Shown: positions 27,807 to 41,967, numbered from the stretch's first letter. The stretch is 64,000 nt of DNA from Octopus sinensis (GCF_006345805.1 NC_043003.1:77500001-77564000), one strand, 5' to 3'. Program-made: numbers and translations. The notes: a model not told the origin generated them from the letters alone.

Positions 27807-29074
27807 GCTTCAACATATTAACAGGAGATTGAGAGTTTTATATAGAACTGGAAATTAACAAAATTCTCTTCAAATAGACATTATGTACGGAGGTGAATTA
27901 TAACTTTATAGTTTCTGATTTTGTGAAGCAGATGAACGAGAATTTTATGTCAATTAAGTTTTCCAGAAGAGAATACAAACCATTAGTAAATGGACATCAT
28001 ATACTTATTAAGCATGAATAGTTGGTTTAGTTGTATAAAAAAAATCATAGAAAAAATTGGTACACAAACTTTATATAAAGTAAACCATAGGATCCAAGAA
28101 AACTGGTGGCAACCAATGTTGGAAAATAATATTTTTAAAATATTTTCAAAAGTGGAATAAACTGGTTTACTGTAAAGAATGATTCGTCGTTTGAGAGTGA
28201 TGTACCGAACGGAGGTATCGAATGAATAGACAGGAATTAGTGAGGGAGATGGGTGGGTGGGGGAGACAAAATAGGAGAGGTGAAGAGAAGTGAAGACATT
28301 CTAGAGATAAATAAGAAAGCTTACAATTTTAGAAAGCAGGAGTTTAGTTAGAGAAAAACCAAAAGAAAGGAAATTAAGGCTAAGGAAAGGGAGGAAAAAT
28401 GATATAATAAGGGTTATATATCAGTAATGATGTTAATAAAGGGGAAATTGACTAAAATAATGAGAGGCGTTCATTGATAACTTCACACGAGGAAATTTCT
28501 GGGGTGAACATAGAGCGAACCATAATAAATTTCTACGTCCGAGTGTACACGATTGAGTTAAATATGATTGTACTCAAGCATATTTCATTCAACGCTGCAT
28601 TATGAACCTCGTGTTATCTACTGCATAGGTAACATATATGATATCATACCTTGATACTGTGTGAACCGAGATCCCTGTTGATAGGCCCTTGATATCAAAT
28701 ACAGTGCTAATCACTTACGATATGCTATAAGTAGCTCCAGTTCGCTGTATCAACTGGATTTGTTGAGAATATAAACAGATTAGCTGCTTAATTTGCTGGG
28801 TTTCTTCAAATTGAATCAGACACCTCTGATGAGAATGCAATAAGGTTTGAAAATTGATTGAGGCTGTTCATCATATTTTCAGTCAACAGATGAATAACTA
28901 AATTTGTCCTATGTATATATATATATATACTGCGTAGGTCGCACACACGCCACACATACACGCATATGTATGTATGTATGTATGTATGTCTCATATCTTT
29001 AATTATTATAAATCTTCCACTGAGAAGGGAGCCGGTTTCCAACAAAGATACAAGGCTCCTTCTTTTGGGTGTAG

Positions 29075-29990
29075 ACACATAGACAAATTCACATTTTGAA
29101 CTTGAGAAAAGTTCTGCATACTTTTTACTGTTCCACTCACAGATTGCACTTGTAATGTACGAATCAGCCGGTCAGTTTCTCTTTCTGATAATCCCAGTTG
29201 ATCCCGTTTTTCTTTTAAGCATTTACTAACAAAATCTAGTGCTCCAATTATTATCTGTATGAATATGAATTCATAGTCTCGATATAGAAGCTGGAGGTTT
29301 CGAAGTAGTTGTCCATAGATATCCTCTTTTTCTTTGATTTTCAAAAAGATATTTATATCTGCGGGGTAGCTAACCTTTATGATGGTACATACCTTTGCCC
29401 CTCTGTCCCAAACAACAATATCCGGTCTGTTAGGCTTATATTTGACAGAAATTTTGATGGGAATATTCCACTAGCATTCCTTGAGTTGGTGTTTATGAAT
29501 GCATTCCCAAACAGAGGGATTTTCTAAGTTTATTTCAATACAGTCATTTTTTTGCGGATGGCATTGTAAATCGTATTAGCAACAACATCGTGTCGCACAG
29601 GGGAGGTAGTACCGGGCCGGCATTTTAGGACAACTGCTAATCACATGCGTAACGTCTTGCACAGAAACATGACATAACCTACACATGCGGTTGTACCTTG
29701 GGATTACAAGAGCGTCACTGTCTTTTGTTCACCAGGTACTTTGTGGAAACCTCCTGTTTCTGGATTGCAAATGCATAGCCTTCAAAATGTGATCTGATGT
29801 AGTGGTCTTGTGTCCAAGAGAGGCTGCGCTTCGTGTCCATTCTACTGCCTTCTTCAAGCTTCCGAGCAACATGCTCATGCATGGTCATTTTATGCATGCT
29901 GAGTACTTTCCATCCAGGTCTTCTCTGAGGTAAGAGAGCCCAGCTGTCTTGAGTTTGTATAGAAGATCATAAGGAAGAGAGTGTTTCTTG
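29075..29990 (-). mobile_element. Non-LTR retrotransposon remnant with CCHC knuckle and restriction-like endonuclease C-terminus
   Basis: It encodes HFEGYAFAIQKQEVSTKYL, a C-x2-C..H..C trace (CRLCHVSVQDVTHVISSC) and KEKEDIYGQLLRNLQLLY..IIIGAL. Confidence 0.8.
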
Positions 29991-30378
29991 AGGAGTTCAC
30001 TGCCAACTCGTACACTGTTGCTCACTTCACTTTTCAGGAGTGTATTAATATATTTATTTTCCTGCTTTTGTATGTATGTATGTATGTATGTATGTATGTA
30101 TGTATGTATGTATGTATGTATGTATGTATGTATGTATGTATGTATGTATGTATGTGTGTACTTTACTGATCACCATTGTTAATAAACGTTTTGGCTATAG
30201 ATTGTGAGGTGCTGTGTAAGTTTTATCATTAACATGCTATGTTTTGTTATATGAAATCTTTAGCGCCGAATATATATCCTAAGGTGAATTTTTCAGCACT
30301 AATATAAAAGGAACAATCTGGCCGGCACCAACAGTCCCTGATTCACACACACACACGCACACGCACACACACACACAA

Positions 30379-30426
<48 letters not shown>

Positions 30427-31462
30427 ACACACACACACACGCATACATGTATGTATGTATATATGTATGTGCGTATTTATGTATATATATATATATGTAT
30501 CTATGTATGTATGTGTGTGTGTATGTATGTATGTATATATATATATGTATGTGTAGGAAGAGAGATACACAGATAGATAGATAGATAGAGAGAGAGGGAG
30601 ATATGGGAAGAGAGAGATAGGTATAGTAAGTTTGCATATAGGAAAGTATACGCTATTGTTATTTATTTCGATGTTGATCTGCCATGTCTTACAATCGCAC
30701 CACCGTTATAATGCTTTATGACCGAAGAAAAATAACACGAAAGAATATGATTTACTACATTCATTGGATGAAACACCAAGGACAAACATAGCTGAAGTAG
30801 ATGAGGTCGGTAGGTAGAAGCCTTAGTGATTTCGTCAAAGATAGACCGATATAATATCGAGTCGGAAAATTAATGACAATTTAGTAATAAAAAAAAACAG
30901 AACACATCAAGAATATCCTTGATATCTAGCATTATAAATGGTATACAGAGGAATGGATTTCTCTCACGGAGATTATTGATACCAGAAAATGAATAAAGCA
31001 AACAATATTATAAGGGGGAGATCATTCAAATGGTAGTAATTGGGTAAAAGATAAATAGAAGTTGATACAGAATAAATATATATCTAGATTAAGTAGACTC
31101 GTAAAATAAAATATATACGTACATATATACATAAATGTGTGTGTAAATAGATAAATATATAGATAGATACATACATACATAGATACATAGATAAAGAAAG
31201 AGAGAGATAGAATGAGACAGTAGGGAGGATCCTCCATTGTAGTTAAAACAGAAATCGAAGAATTATTGCAATCAATAGAAAGCATGCAAGATGGATGGAC
31301 AATCTAAAGAGTTGCCATTGTTTGGTGATCATCAAAATACGTTACATAATAAATATACATTATGTAACATATATATATCTTACAAATATATCAGAATGAT
31401 TTATGATTTACTGAGTTACTATTGTTGTTGTTGCTTGCTGCTGCTGTTGATGTTGTTATTAA

Positions 31463-31672
31463 TGCGACGAGCAGGCAGAATTGTTAGCATGGCGGATAAA
31501 GGGCTTTGCGATATATCGTCTGTCTTTATGTTCTGAGTTTAAGTTTTTCCAACGTCGACTTTGCTTTTCATCCTTTCGGCCTCGATAAAATAAGTACCAG
31601 TTGAGCAATGAAGTCGATGTAATCAACTTACACTCTCCCCAAATCCCAGGACTAGTGTCTATAGTAGAAAAG

Positions 31673-31725
<53 letters not shown>
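31463..31725 (+). mobile_element. Family B SINE with (ATT)n tail
   Basis: It shows the family B head and domain, then (TAT)n. Confidence 0.8.
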
Positions 31726-32519
31726 GTGAGAGAGCAGTGCATACCATCAAAGTGACACTGGGTTAAAATATGCGAATCCCAGCATACCCATCATGACTAT
31801 CCGTTGATAAGGGTTCCTCAGGCACATGCATCACAACCACATGTGCGCGACGTAGTGATCTCCTGTCAAGATAAACAGCACATGACCTTGTAGGTGGAGC
31901 CAGTTAGAATTTTCTCCATGTCAGGTAGGCCACCCCGCTCAAAAGGTCCCTGAATAAGGTTTGTTTAAGGATGTTGAATGAAACACCCATGTTTCTAGAG
32001 GTGGATTATTCAAACCCCAAAGAATTCTTCTCAACACATGCTTCCCCACTACTTTTGCTCGTGATCAGAGATGCACATATCGTTAAGCACTAAGGGAATG
32101 CTCAACTGGTTAAGGTCAAACAACTGACGAGCAAATCTGTGGTATTGAGCAGAATATTTGTTGTAGCCCATCTTTTATACCAAGACAAAACATGTACGTA
32201 ATAGCACTTTCAAGCAGGCCTTTCACTTGTTGTAGAATTAATTATTACCATAATTATGATTATTATAAAGCCAACGAATAGACCTCTACGTGGTTACCTG
32301 ACTTGCTGGAAATAACGACCAATGTACTCTTCAAATCTACTCTCATAGAAAAAGAAACATAAGATAACGTTGTCATGGCTTCGTAGTGATTTCGGACAAA
32401 AGACGGGTCAGTTACGACAGGAGTGTTTGTGATCGTATATCTGTTCATTCAGGGCTAACCTGTAGGAAAACAGCAACACCAGCTACAACTACAACTAGAA
32501 CAACGACAGCAGCAGAAGC

Positions 32520-32557
<38 letters not shown>

Positions 32558-32769
32558 CTACTACTACTACTACTACTACTGCTAGATAAGAAAAAAAAAC
32601 TAAAATCGAATCGTGCGTAAAATCTCTGAGGTGATTTTAAATCTACGTATGTTGGAAAATGGTATGTCATCTTTTAAGGAACTAACAAGACATTTGAAGA
32701 AAGAGAGAGAAGGGGAGGGCGAGAGGGAAGAAGAGGGAGAATCGTTTTCAATATTCTACAAGTGCGTTA

Positions 32770-32983
32770 GACGGTGAACTGGCAGAGTCGTTAGCACACC
32801 GACCAAAATGGTTAGCGGCATTCCGTAAATCTTTATGTTCTGAGTTCAAATTCCGCCGAGGTCGACTTTGTCTTTCGTCCTTCTGAATCAATAAAATAAA
32901 TACCATTTGAGCACTAGAATCGATGTAATCGACTTACCTCGTCCACGAAATTGCTGGCCTTGTGTCAAAATTTGAAACGATTA
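32770..32983 (+). mobile_element. Family B SINE
   Basis: Full-length match to the other family B copies. Confidence 0.85.
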
Positions 32984-34335
32984 ATTTATTTGTGTTTTTT
33001 TTTATCCACGAGCAATGACTATATCTTGGTGTTTCATTTAACGATTTCAGTTCATAGAAAAGTAGTCCTTTTCGAAGATGGGAAATATTGGCGTGTATTT
33101 TCAAAAAATGGATTGACAGTCACAGAAAGGGGGAATAAAGGCGAATGCTTGGCGAAAAAAAATTTCAACTGAACTGTCTCGCTAACATGGATTACTATGC
33201 CAGCCAGTCACGTTGTAAGATTGGACAGATGTACACAATAAGTGGGTTTCATGATATAGACCCAGGCAGTGATAAGTTATGTCTGTTCAGATTGGCGATG
33301 AGAGTAAAGTAAACAATAAATGTAGTTTGGTCACCACGTGGGTGGAGGTGTGTCGTGTAAGAGGATAATGTGAAAGTCTGAGGACAAGGAGGATCATGTA
33401 AAGCTGACAGAGGTAGACCTAGTTAAGACCGGAACAATCTGGTCTTAATCTGGGAAGCAATAGAATCTACAACAGACCATGTAATTCACTAAAATGCCTT
33501 TTACTCTTCTGGTGACTGTTTTCTAGAAGCACTTTTTTTATTCTTTTATTCTTTCATTTGAACGTTCTCTATTAGTAATGTGATTTTTACCTGTATACCT
33601 GTAATTCCCTTGATTAAGAGTCACTTTGCGGGTTACTTGATATAAAGGTTGGTTCTAGGAGAAAAGGCATTCAATAAATCACTTATTTGGCTCAGTAAGA
33701 TCAGCTTAAACTCGCACAAGTTAATTTCTAGAGAAAATACATGAGAGCGGTTAAAAGGAGACTCCGAGAAGTAATTTGGTGATTTAATCTGATAATGATG
33801 GGGAGACGACTAACAGGTCTAGTAAACATTTCTGTTGTTCAAAGTAGAAAGACTTATTGTGGATCTAATTGTGGTAGACTCACTAATACAATACTCATTA
33901 ACAGTTTTGATTATAAGTTTAATTGATAATACTAACAGCTTTGATCATAGGTTTGATTGAACGGACCTATTACAGAAGATGTTCCAACCGTAGCTATCCA
34001 GTTGTTTTGGATAACTAGATCATTGCTTAATGTGTTCTTTTTTAAAGATAGTAATATGTGAATCTGTTCATCGTTTTTTTACGACAGTAGTATGTGATTT
34101 GATGAAATTTGGCTGCTATTTCTAACATATCAAGCGACTGCATGAAGGTTCTATTTTGTTGGTTCACGATTTTAGTGAAGGTTTGCTCATTATTCCGAAG
34201 GATTACTCTTGATGCAATTTAGAATGTCTGTGTATCTAGCGACTGCACGGTCTTCGATATGCAAGTAGTAATACAGTAAAACAGAAAACAAGACAGATTT
34301 ATGAAATGATTCAAATGTCAAAACATATTCCTTAC

Positions 34336-34416
34336 CGTTCTTTGTCTTGAAAGTTCGTCATTGGGAATGATCTTTTGGCACCGACACCTCGACATCTTGG
34401 TGCATATATATACTTC
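34336..34416 (-). CDS. elevenin: Elevenin precursor, coding exon 2 (81 bp, phase 2-2): KYIYAPRCRGVGAKRSFPMTNFQDKE
   Basis: Very strong acceptor tttatcttttccttttcAG and donor CG|GTAAGG. The translation matches the elevenin family motif C-x2-F/Y-x-F/Y-AP-x-C-RG-V-x-A-KR (established family knowledge). Confidence 0.93.
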
Positions 34417-36608
34417 CTGAAAAGGAAAAGATAAATTAATGATTTATATCATAGATTCAAAGCCTCAAAATTTGGAGGATGGATTATAATAGCACTTCAG
34501 TAATGTATCGATCCAGGAAAGATAAACGGCACGAAGATATATATAAATCTGTGAAGTATTAATAACTCTTTTATCATTTTTAAGTCTGAAGCACCCGAAC
34601 ACAAGGATCACAGTAAAGGATAATGACTAGGATGTTGACCCTTGGGTTGTAATTTTTGTGCCATAGCAAAATCAAGTGGTAACTACCGAGGTAACCCAAA
34701 ATGAAATATACTCGGCTTGGGTCAACTTCTAACGGCTCATGAAGAACATAGAGCCATTCTAGAGTTGTGTTTTTTTGAGTAAAAAGCCATGAAGCTGGTG
34801 ATAAAAGGCAGGAAACTTTGTTGCTATACGTGTAGCAGAAATGGAAAGATCGAAAGACAACAGAACAGCAGAGACGACAACTGCAATGATAGCAGAAATA
34901 ATGGTAATAATCAAGTGCCAATAAAATTCTGTGCTCGATATAATTGACTGCTCCCTTTCGCAATTTGTGTGAATCCCTGCCTATGTTAGAAATCTATGCA
35001 AAAACAAGAGAATAGATAGAATCTTATGTCATGTCTGTTTTGTGCTCATAGACTTGTGAGGTCAAAAAATATCTGAATTTTCAAGGCATTTAGGTTGAGT
35101 GACGAAGACTCCACCTTGAACAGGAATTCAACTTTTTGCAGGGTTAGCCTGTAAGTGCCACTAACACTCATTTTAGCTGAATGTATTGAGGCCGTATGAA
35201 ATAAAATTTTTTGCTCATCGATACAATATGCCTCTTCGTCCTGGGCAGTAAATCAATAACTCTGCGATCGTGAGTCCAATACTTTAACCAGTATGCCACA
35301 CACACACACTCACGAAGAGCCAAAAAATACATACTAAGATTTGTATAAAAATTTTTGCAAATAAAGAAAAAGCGTTTTAATAAAATTTCAATACACCATT
35401 TTCAACATTCTAGTCTATTCTTTTATTCATTATTTGATTAAAGACAATAAAAGAAAGAACAAATATAAAAATTTAACTTGCTATTAATTAATATGAAAGT
35501 TCATTCTAAATAATAAACCAGAAAAAAATTAAAATAAAAGCAAGCAAAAAAATGAAAGAAAAAAGAAAGTCTTTGGCTTTTAGCACTGATTAAACGAATA
35601 TCTGTCGTTTAATGAAACAAACTTAGGCGTGTAGAATTTAAAAAACACGTGTTTCAGAGAAGACATTGATAGGATGGAACTTAACCGCGATTCAACATCA
35701 CTGAGTGAAGTGATAAGTGGATGTAATAAATCTACGTAAAATAAAAATCTTGAATAGAATGAGTTTCATTAAAATGCAATAAACCCATTGAGGAGGTCTT
35801 GAACAAAACACTCGACAACCTTCTATCTCATTAACAACCATCCAATATGTATAGCCCCAGGAATTTAGAAAGAAAAATAGAAATCAAATTCAATTTTCTT
35901 GTTGCAATAATTTGTGTGGCGTCATTTTTGTAAAATGTACGTACATACATACATACATGCATACATACGTGTATGTATGCTTGTATATTTGTATTTTTGT
36001 ATGTATGTATAAGCATATACATATGTTCTAGTGTCACAGTTTGTAAACGAAAACGGAAGATAATATTCAAGACACGATGTTATTCATTTATTTATTTATT
36101 TAACCTGATGATCTCGCCACTCAAGTTTGAATAAATACATAAATATTACACTTTATAGTGTTATATTTATTTTAAAACAACATACAGTACGTTCTTTTAA
36201 TTCGTTTGAAGCATTGTAAGACTTGAAAATAAGCTCCTGAAAAGGAAATGAAGCCATATATAATAGTACCTGACATATCGTGTAAAAATGGACATTTTAA
36301 GTTTTGCATGTATTTTAAGGGCTGCATTTATTCCAAATTTTGTTCTTGGGAGTAATTTTATAACTGATAAAGTACTTAACATCGTATATAAAATTACATA
36401 ATAAATCTTGGTAAATCCTGATTCATGAGACAAAAAATCGCATAAACGTTAAACAGAATATATGAAAGTTTTAATGTGTCTTATTTCTTTTCTCCCCAAT
36501 TTGCAACCCACTGTATTTCGTTAGCTGATAATCCGAGTAAAACATAGCTCTTTTTGGGCTAACTTGGTCGGTTTACCACTAAGTATTGAACTGAGCTGCT
36601 ACAACAAA

Positions 36609-37004
36609 TCTTTATATATAAAAGTGAAGTTGTGTGTCTGTCTCCTACGATTTAGATTCCTAACTACTCCCACATTTTGCGGTGCAGTTTAACCAAAACC
36701 GGGTATCTTATAGTCGTGATTCATATCGAGCCCTTCTGGGTATTAGCGCGCGTCTACGATGAGTCTACGATTTAAAAAAAAATTACCATCATTTTTTCCA
36801 TTTTAATGCATCTTTTTCGCTATTATATAAGGGAAGTAACTCTCTAAAAATGTCTACGATGAGTCAACGATTTAAAAAAAAATTACCATAATTTTTTTCC
36901 CATTTTTAATGCATTTTTTTGCTATTTTTTGGCTATAACTCTCTAAAAATGCTTATATAGTTATTTCCCTTACAAACCCGAGCAACGCCGGGCGATACTG
37001 CTAG
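36609..37004 (+). mobile_element. Non-autonomous Helitron
   Basis: A|TC 5' end, 3' hairpin CCCG-AGCAACGC-CGGG and CTAG|T end, with an internal tandem duplication. Confidence 0.9.
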
Positions 37005-37375
37005 TTTACAATATAATGCGTCTTTATTCTTTCGGTGTGAATTAATTGTTTGTCAATAAAAACATAATCGTTATTTTATTTTTCACCAATTTATAAATCC
37101 TAATTCTATCACAACACTATAACACAGAAGAGAAAGCGGGATTTCAGTGATGTGAAATTCAAGCTAACTTGTTGAGAATGCCAAGACAAAACTCAAACAC
37201 TGCTTTTGAACAGGTGTCTTGTGTTACAGGAAAGCAAAAGGTGAGAAACTGGATATCAGAAGATGAGCTCAGAAGAAATGCCTCAATGCACTCTGTAAAA
37301 ATAGAGAACCTTATTGGTTCCATAAGAGGATAGATAGATAGAAGGATAGATAGACAGAGAGACAGACAGACAGAC

Positions 37376-37436
<61 letters not shown>

Positions 37437-37630
37437 TATATATAGATAGATAGATAGAATTGTAAGGTGAATAAATGTCAATAAATATTAAAATGAACAA
37501 CACACGAAGAACAAAATTTGAGAAGTATAGTCCTTGCTTAATTCGTGAAAAATTGAATGAAATAAGAGAGCCTAAATGTTTTGAACAACAATCCTTCACC
37601 AGAAAGAAGGAAGAAGAGAACACACACACA

Positions 37631-37694
<64 letters not shown>

Positions 37695-37837
37695 GTATAT
37701 GTATGCATGTGTTCCCGAAGCGAAGATCCTGTGCAGTAGCAGGTGAAACTCAGAATAGCAAGGGACTGATTCGACTAAAATATGAAATATATTTTAAACT
37801 CTATTATGGTATTGAGTAATCTTTTTACCGACAGTTA

Positions 37838-37868
<31 letters not shown>

Positions 37869-37930
37869 CACCCATACATATATACACACGTGTGTGTTAT
37901 ATGTGTGTGTGAGCTTGCGTGCGTGTTATG

Positions 37931-37962
<32 letters not shown>

Positions 37963-37964
37963 TA

Positions 37965-38032
<68 letters not shown>

Positions 38033-38062
38033 TTGAGTTGTGGGGTATCGCACGAGTGGGAT

Positions 38063-39499
38063 TATATAAGAAAAAAGGTTGAAAATGCAAATTAAACGAT
38101 GTTATTTACTTAACCGGTTTCACTCTTTGGTAAAAGATTGTCAAAAGTAACATTAAAAGTATCATTGAATAATATGGGTTCAAAAAAGTTTTTTACATAA
38201 TTGTCACATTGAATATTATGCATTCAAAAACGTTTTTTACATAATTGTCACATTGGATATTATGAATTCAAAAATGTTTTTTTATACAAAATTGTCACAT
38301 TACATGTATAAATATAGTGTTTGGTAACAGAGAAGTTCAATAGTGTGATGAGAATATTTGGAAAAATTGGCAGAAAAGGATAAAACAAATATATTATTGG
38401 AAATTTGGTTGCGTTAATTATTGGTTGTCGCAAATTGTCACATTACATGTATATATATACAGTCTTTGGTATATATATACAATATTTTGACAGCAAAAAT
38501 TAAAATGGATTTTTTATACATCTCAGAATATTTTAAGTTGAAGGCGAGAATGTGTTGTTACTAACCTGTTTGTTTTAGCAGAAGGGTTGAATTGAGAGAA
38601 AAAAGGTTGTACCCAGTGTGGTGTATACTCCCCTTCAAGCATCAATGGTTTTGGGGTTATCAGGAGGTTAGTATGCCTGCTGGTCAAGGATAATGGATAG
38701 TGTGTTGTGTGTATATATTATATATGTGGGTGCGTTGTGTGTGTGTGTGTGTTCTGTGTGTGTGTGTGTGTGTGTTGTGTGTATGTGGTGTGTGTTTGTA
38801 TACTATGTGTGTGTGTGTGTGTGTTGTTGTGTGTGTGTGTGTGTGTGTGTGAATATATGTGTGTGACAAACAGACGCTGCTTGACCAGCAGGCATACTAA
38901 CCTCCTGATAACCCCAAAACCATTGATGCTTGAAGGGGAGTATACACCACACTGGGTACAACCTTTTTTCTCTCAATTCAACCCTTCTGCTAAAACAAAC
39001 AGGTTAGTAACAACACATTCTCGCCTTCAACTTAAAATATTCTGAGATGTATAAAAAATCCATTTTAATTTTTGCTGTCAAAATATTGTATATATATACC
39101 AAAGACTGTATATATATACATGTAATGTGACAATTTGCGACAACCAATAATTAACGCAACCAAATTTCCAATAATATATTTGTTTTATCCTTTTCTGCCA
39201 ATTTTTCCAAATATTCTCATCACACTATTGAACTTCTCTGTTACCAAACACTATATTTATACATGTAATGTGACAATTTTGTATAAAAAAACATTTTTGA
39301 ATTCATAATATCCAATGTGACAATTATGTAAAAAACGTTTTTGAATGCATAATATTCAATGTGACAATTATGTAAAAAACTTTTTTGAACCCATATTATT
39401 CAATGATACTTTTAATGTTACTTTTGACAATCTTTTACCAAAGAGTGAAACCGGTTAAGTAAATAAACATCGTTTAATTTGCATTTTCAAACCTTTTTT

Positions 39500-39507
<8 letters not shown>
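38063..39507. repeat. Near-perfect inverted repeat: arms 38063-38688 (626 bp) and 38880-39507 (628 bp), 191-bp TG-rich spacer; arms look Penelope-pLTR-derived
   Basis: Reading the arms against each other showed only two 1-nt homopolymer indels. The arms contain aattgtcacatt subrepeats and a hammerhead-like motif. Confidence 0.95.
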
Positions 39508-39588
<81 letters not shown>

Positions 39589-41084
39589 ATATAAACACAG
39601 ACATATAATTTTGATCAATCGTTAATCTTGGTAATGTCAGAAGACTTATTCAAGTACAATTATGTCTTGTGTTTAGTATTTTACTGATATTTCCGGATTG
39701 TCAGTGGTCGTATATTCCTTCTTGACGATCGAGCTAGTTGCTGTAAGTAAGCTGCCTCACACCTATTATACTCTACTGACGATGAAGCTCCTGTAACGAA
39801 GTTTCTTTTAGGTGATTTTAACGTCTTCAACAGAAACTAGTTTTACATTCGTATTATATTAAGATAATGGATAAAATTACCGGTGTTGTTCGAATTTCGG
39901 TTAACGTTTTGAAAGTTGAAAATATCTTTCTGCATTGTTTAGAAATCTATTCGCTGTGAATGCTGAAGTATGGTATCTTTCGAGTTAAATGTTAAACGTT
40001 AAAGCTAGTTCTAAAATAACAATAGGACATTTACTGATGAGGTGACTCGATGTAAGAAGGCTTACAAATGTACAATGACGGTATCTGTCCCTGTTCTGCC
40101 TTTAACAATGTAAGTCTTCAGCATTTACTATCATCGTTGATAGTTTAGAAATTTTACAGAAAGTATGCTTTTAAAGTAAGATACTGTTAAACGAATGATT
40201 TTGTATAGGACTATCGAAGGAAACCATATTTCTAATTAATGATTGATACAGCTCAAAGCAATGCCCTCTATAATATTGACTTTTAAAACTGATACGCAGA
40301 CAAATATTTTGATAGAAAGTGTATTTGATAAGATCCACTACGGTTTATTCCCGGAACATTATTTTATCAAGTCCAAAATGATGAACGATAATGTTATGTA
40401 AAGCGTGATTAAAGCTCTGTTTTCTATATTATTGATTTTTGATTTCTAACACTGGTACAGGAGGATATATTTGGTGCAATCAATCTAAGTAATTTACTCG
40501 TGTTTTAGGTTAACTAACCTTGGAAGGATGGAAGAAGTTGCGGTAACGAATTAGGCATTTTATCCTAAGCTCTTCCACCAATTTGTCCAACTCTCTACCA
40601 GTTTTGCCAACCCACCGCCTTGTATTGTCTATAATACCAACGTTACATGCTTGGATATAATGCTTCCAAAGTTCCAGATATTCTGATTGTGTAAGGATTT
40701 CATATAATACTTCATTTTCGCAGGGATAGAATATGAAGCATTGTTACGTTAAGCATTACATTATTATCCTGTCACTAGTCATACACAGATCCCGGTCTTT
40801 ATATAGTTTTAAACAACTTTTGCTTCAAGAAGGAATCAAAACAACGTTGACTTCGATGGGATATGAATTCAGAACGTAAAGAGCTGTAACAAATACAACA
40901 CTGATTCTACAATCGCCTGAATAATACTTATACATAAATAATAGATTAGGTTATATGATATGTGGTGGAAGCATAATTAATCTCCTGAGATTTTCTTTGG
41001 TCTTTATTAAATGGGTAATCCATTTAGGAAGAAGACAAAGGAAAAAAGTAGAACTTTCTAACGAAGGAATTTAAAGACTGTACT

Positions 41085-41285
41085 AAGTAATAACGGTTCC
41101 AGTTTTCGGCACAAGGCCAGCAAGTTCCGGAGGAGGGGGTAAGTCGATTACATAGATTACAGCAGTGAGCTGGCAGAATCGTTAGCACACCAGGCAAAAT
41201 GATTAGCGACATTTCGCCTATCTTTATGTACTGAGTTTGACTTTGTCTTTCATCCTTTCGGAGTCGATAAAATAAGTACCTGTCA
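41085..41285. mobile_element. Family B SINE pieces in opposite orientations (minus-strand tail, then plus-strand head)
   Basis: ggcacaaggccagc...aagtcgattaca is followed by gagctggcagaatcgttagc. Confidence 0.7.
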
Positions 41286-41325
41286 AAATCAGTGGTTAAT
41301 TGAATAAAGTGCACACGCGCACGCA

Positions 41326-41394
<69 letters not shown>

Positions 41395-41490
41395 ACAACA
41401 CACACACACACACATACACAGAGACTCTCTCTCTCACACACACACACAACACACACACAAACACACAGACACACACAGACTCTCTCTCTC

Positions 41491-41521
<31 letters not shown>

Positions 41522-41565
41522 AAGACAGCAAATTGTGTCTTTTGCTGCCTTGCGATTATCTGGAT

Positions 41566-41640
41566 CAGCGGTTCTTAAACTGAGGTGTACACACACTCCT
41601 AAGGGTACGCAAGAGAAATTGCAGAGGTACGTGAGGTTTG
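41566..41640 (+). mobile_element. hAT-Charlie-like terminal fragment
   Basis: CAGCGGTTCTTAAACTG follows atctggat. No matching right end was found. Confidence 0.45.
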
Positions 41641-41967
41641 TAAAAAAACCCATGAAAGTTGGAATAATTACAGCGAGCTAAACGCAACTCGTATATACAA
41701 ATGTATGGAGAGTCTTTTACCGTTCCCATCCATTTATCGCTGTAAATATCGCTATGTTTATTATCAAAAACAAATTTCCTCACCAGACTGTCAACTGCAT
41801 GCAGATATCTGAAACTGCAGCAAAACATATTTATAACAGATCTCTTTATATCGTTTTATTATATGGCAACTTCAGTTTGGCTTCAATTAACGAAACGGGG
41901 CTTGTCGAAATTGAGTAGTACGTTTTCTGCTTTTTTCTTTTTTTGTTGTCTTTTTTGTGGGGGTGTT

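Noticed and set aside
28719-28825. Minus-strand exon-like segment (RCLIQFEETQQ...) with a GTAAGT donor
   Set aside because: It is open only from phase 0, which is incompatible with the phase-2 end of exon 2, and codon bias is weak.
34750-34980. Minus-strand hydrophobic frame (HLIITIISAIIAVVVSAVLL) near exon 2
   Set aside because: It has no ATG and no donor, and it looks like a degenerate trinucleotide tract.
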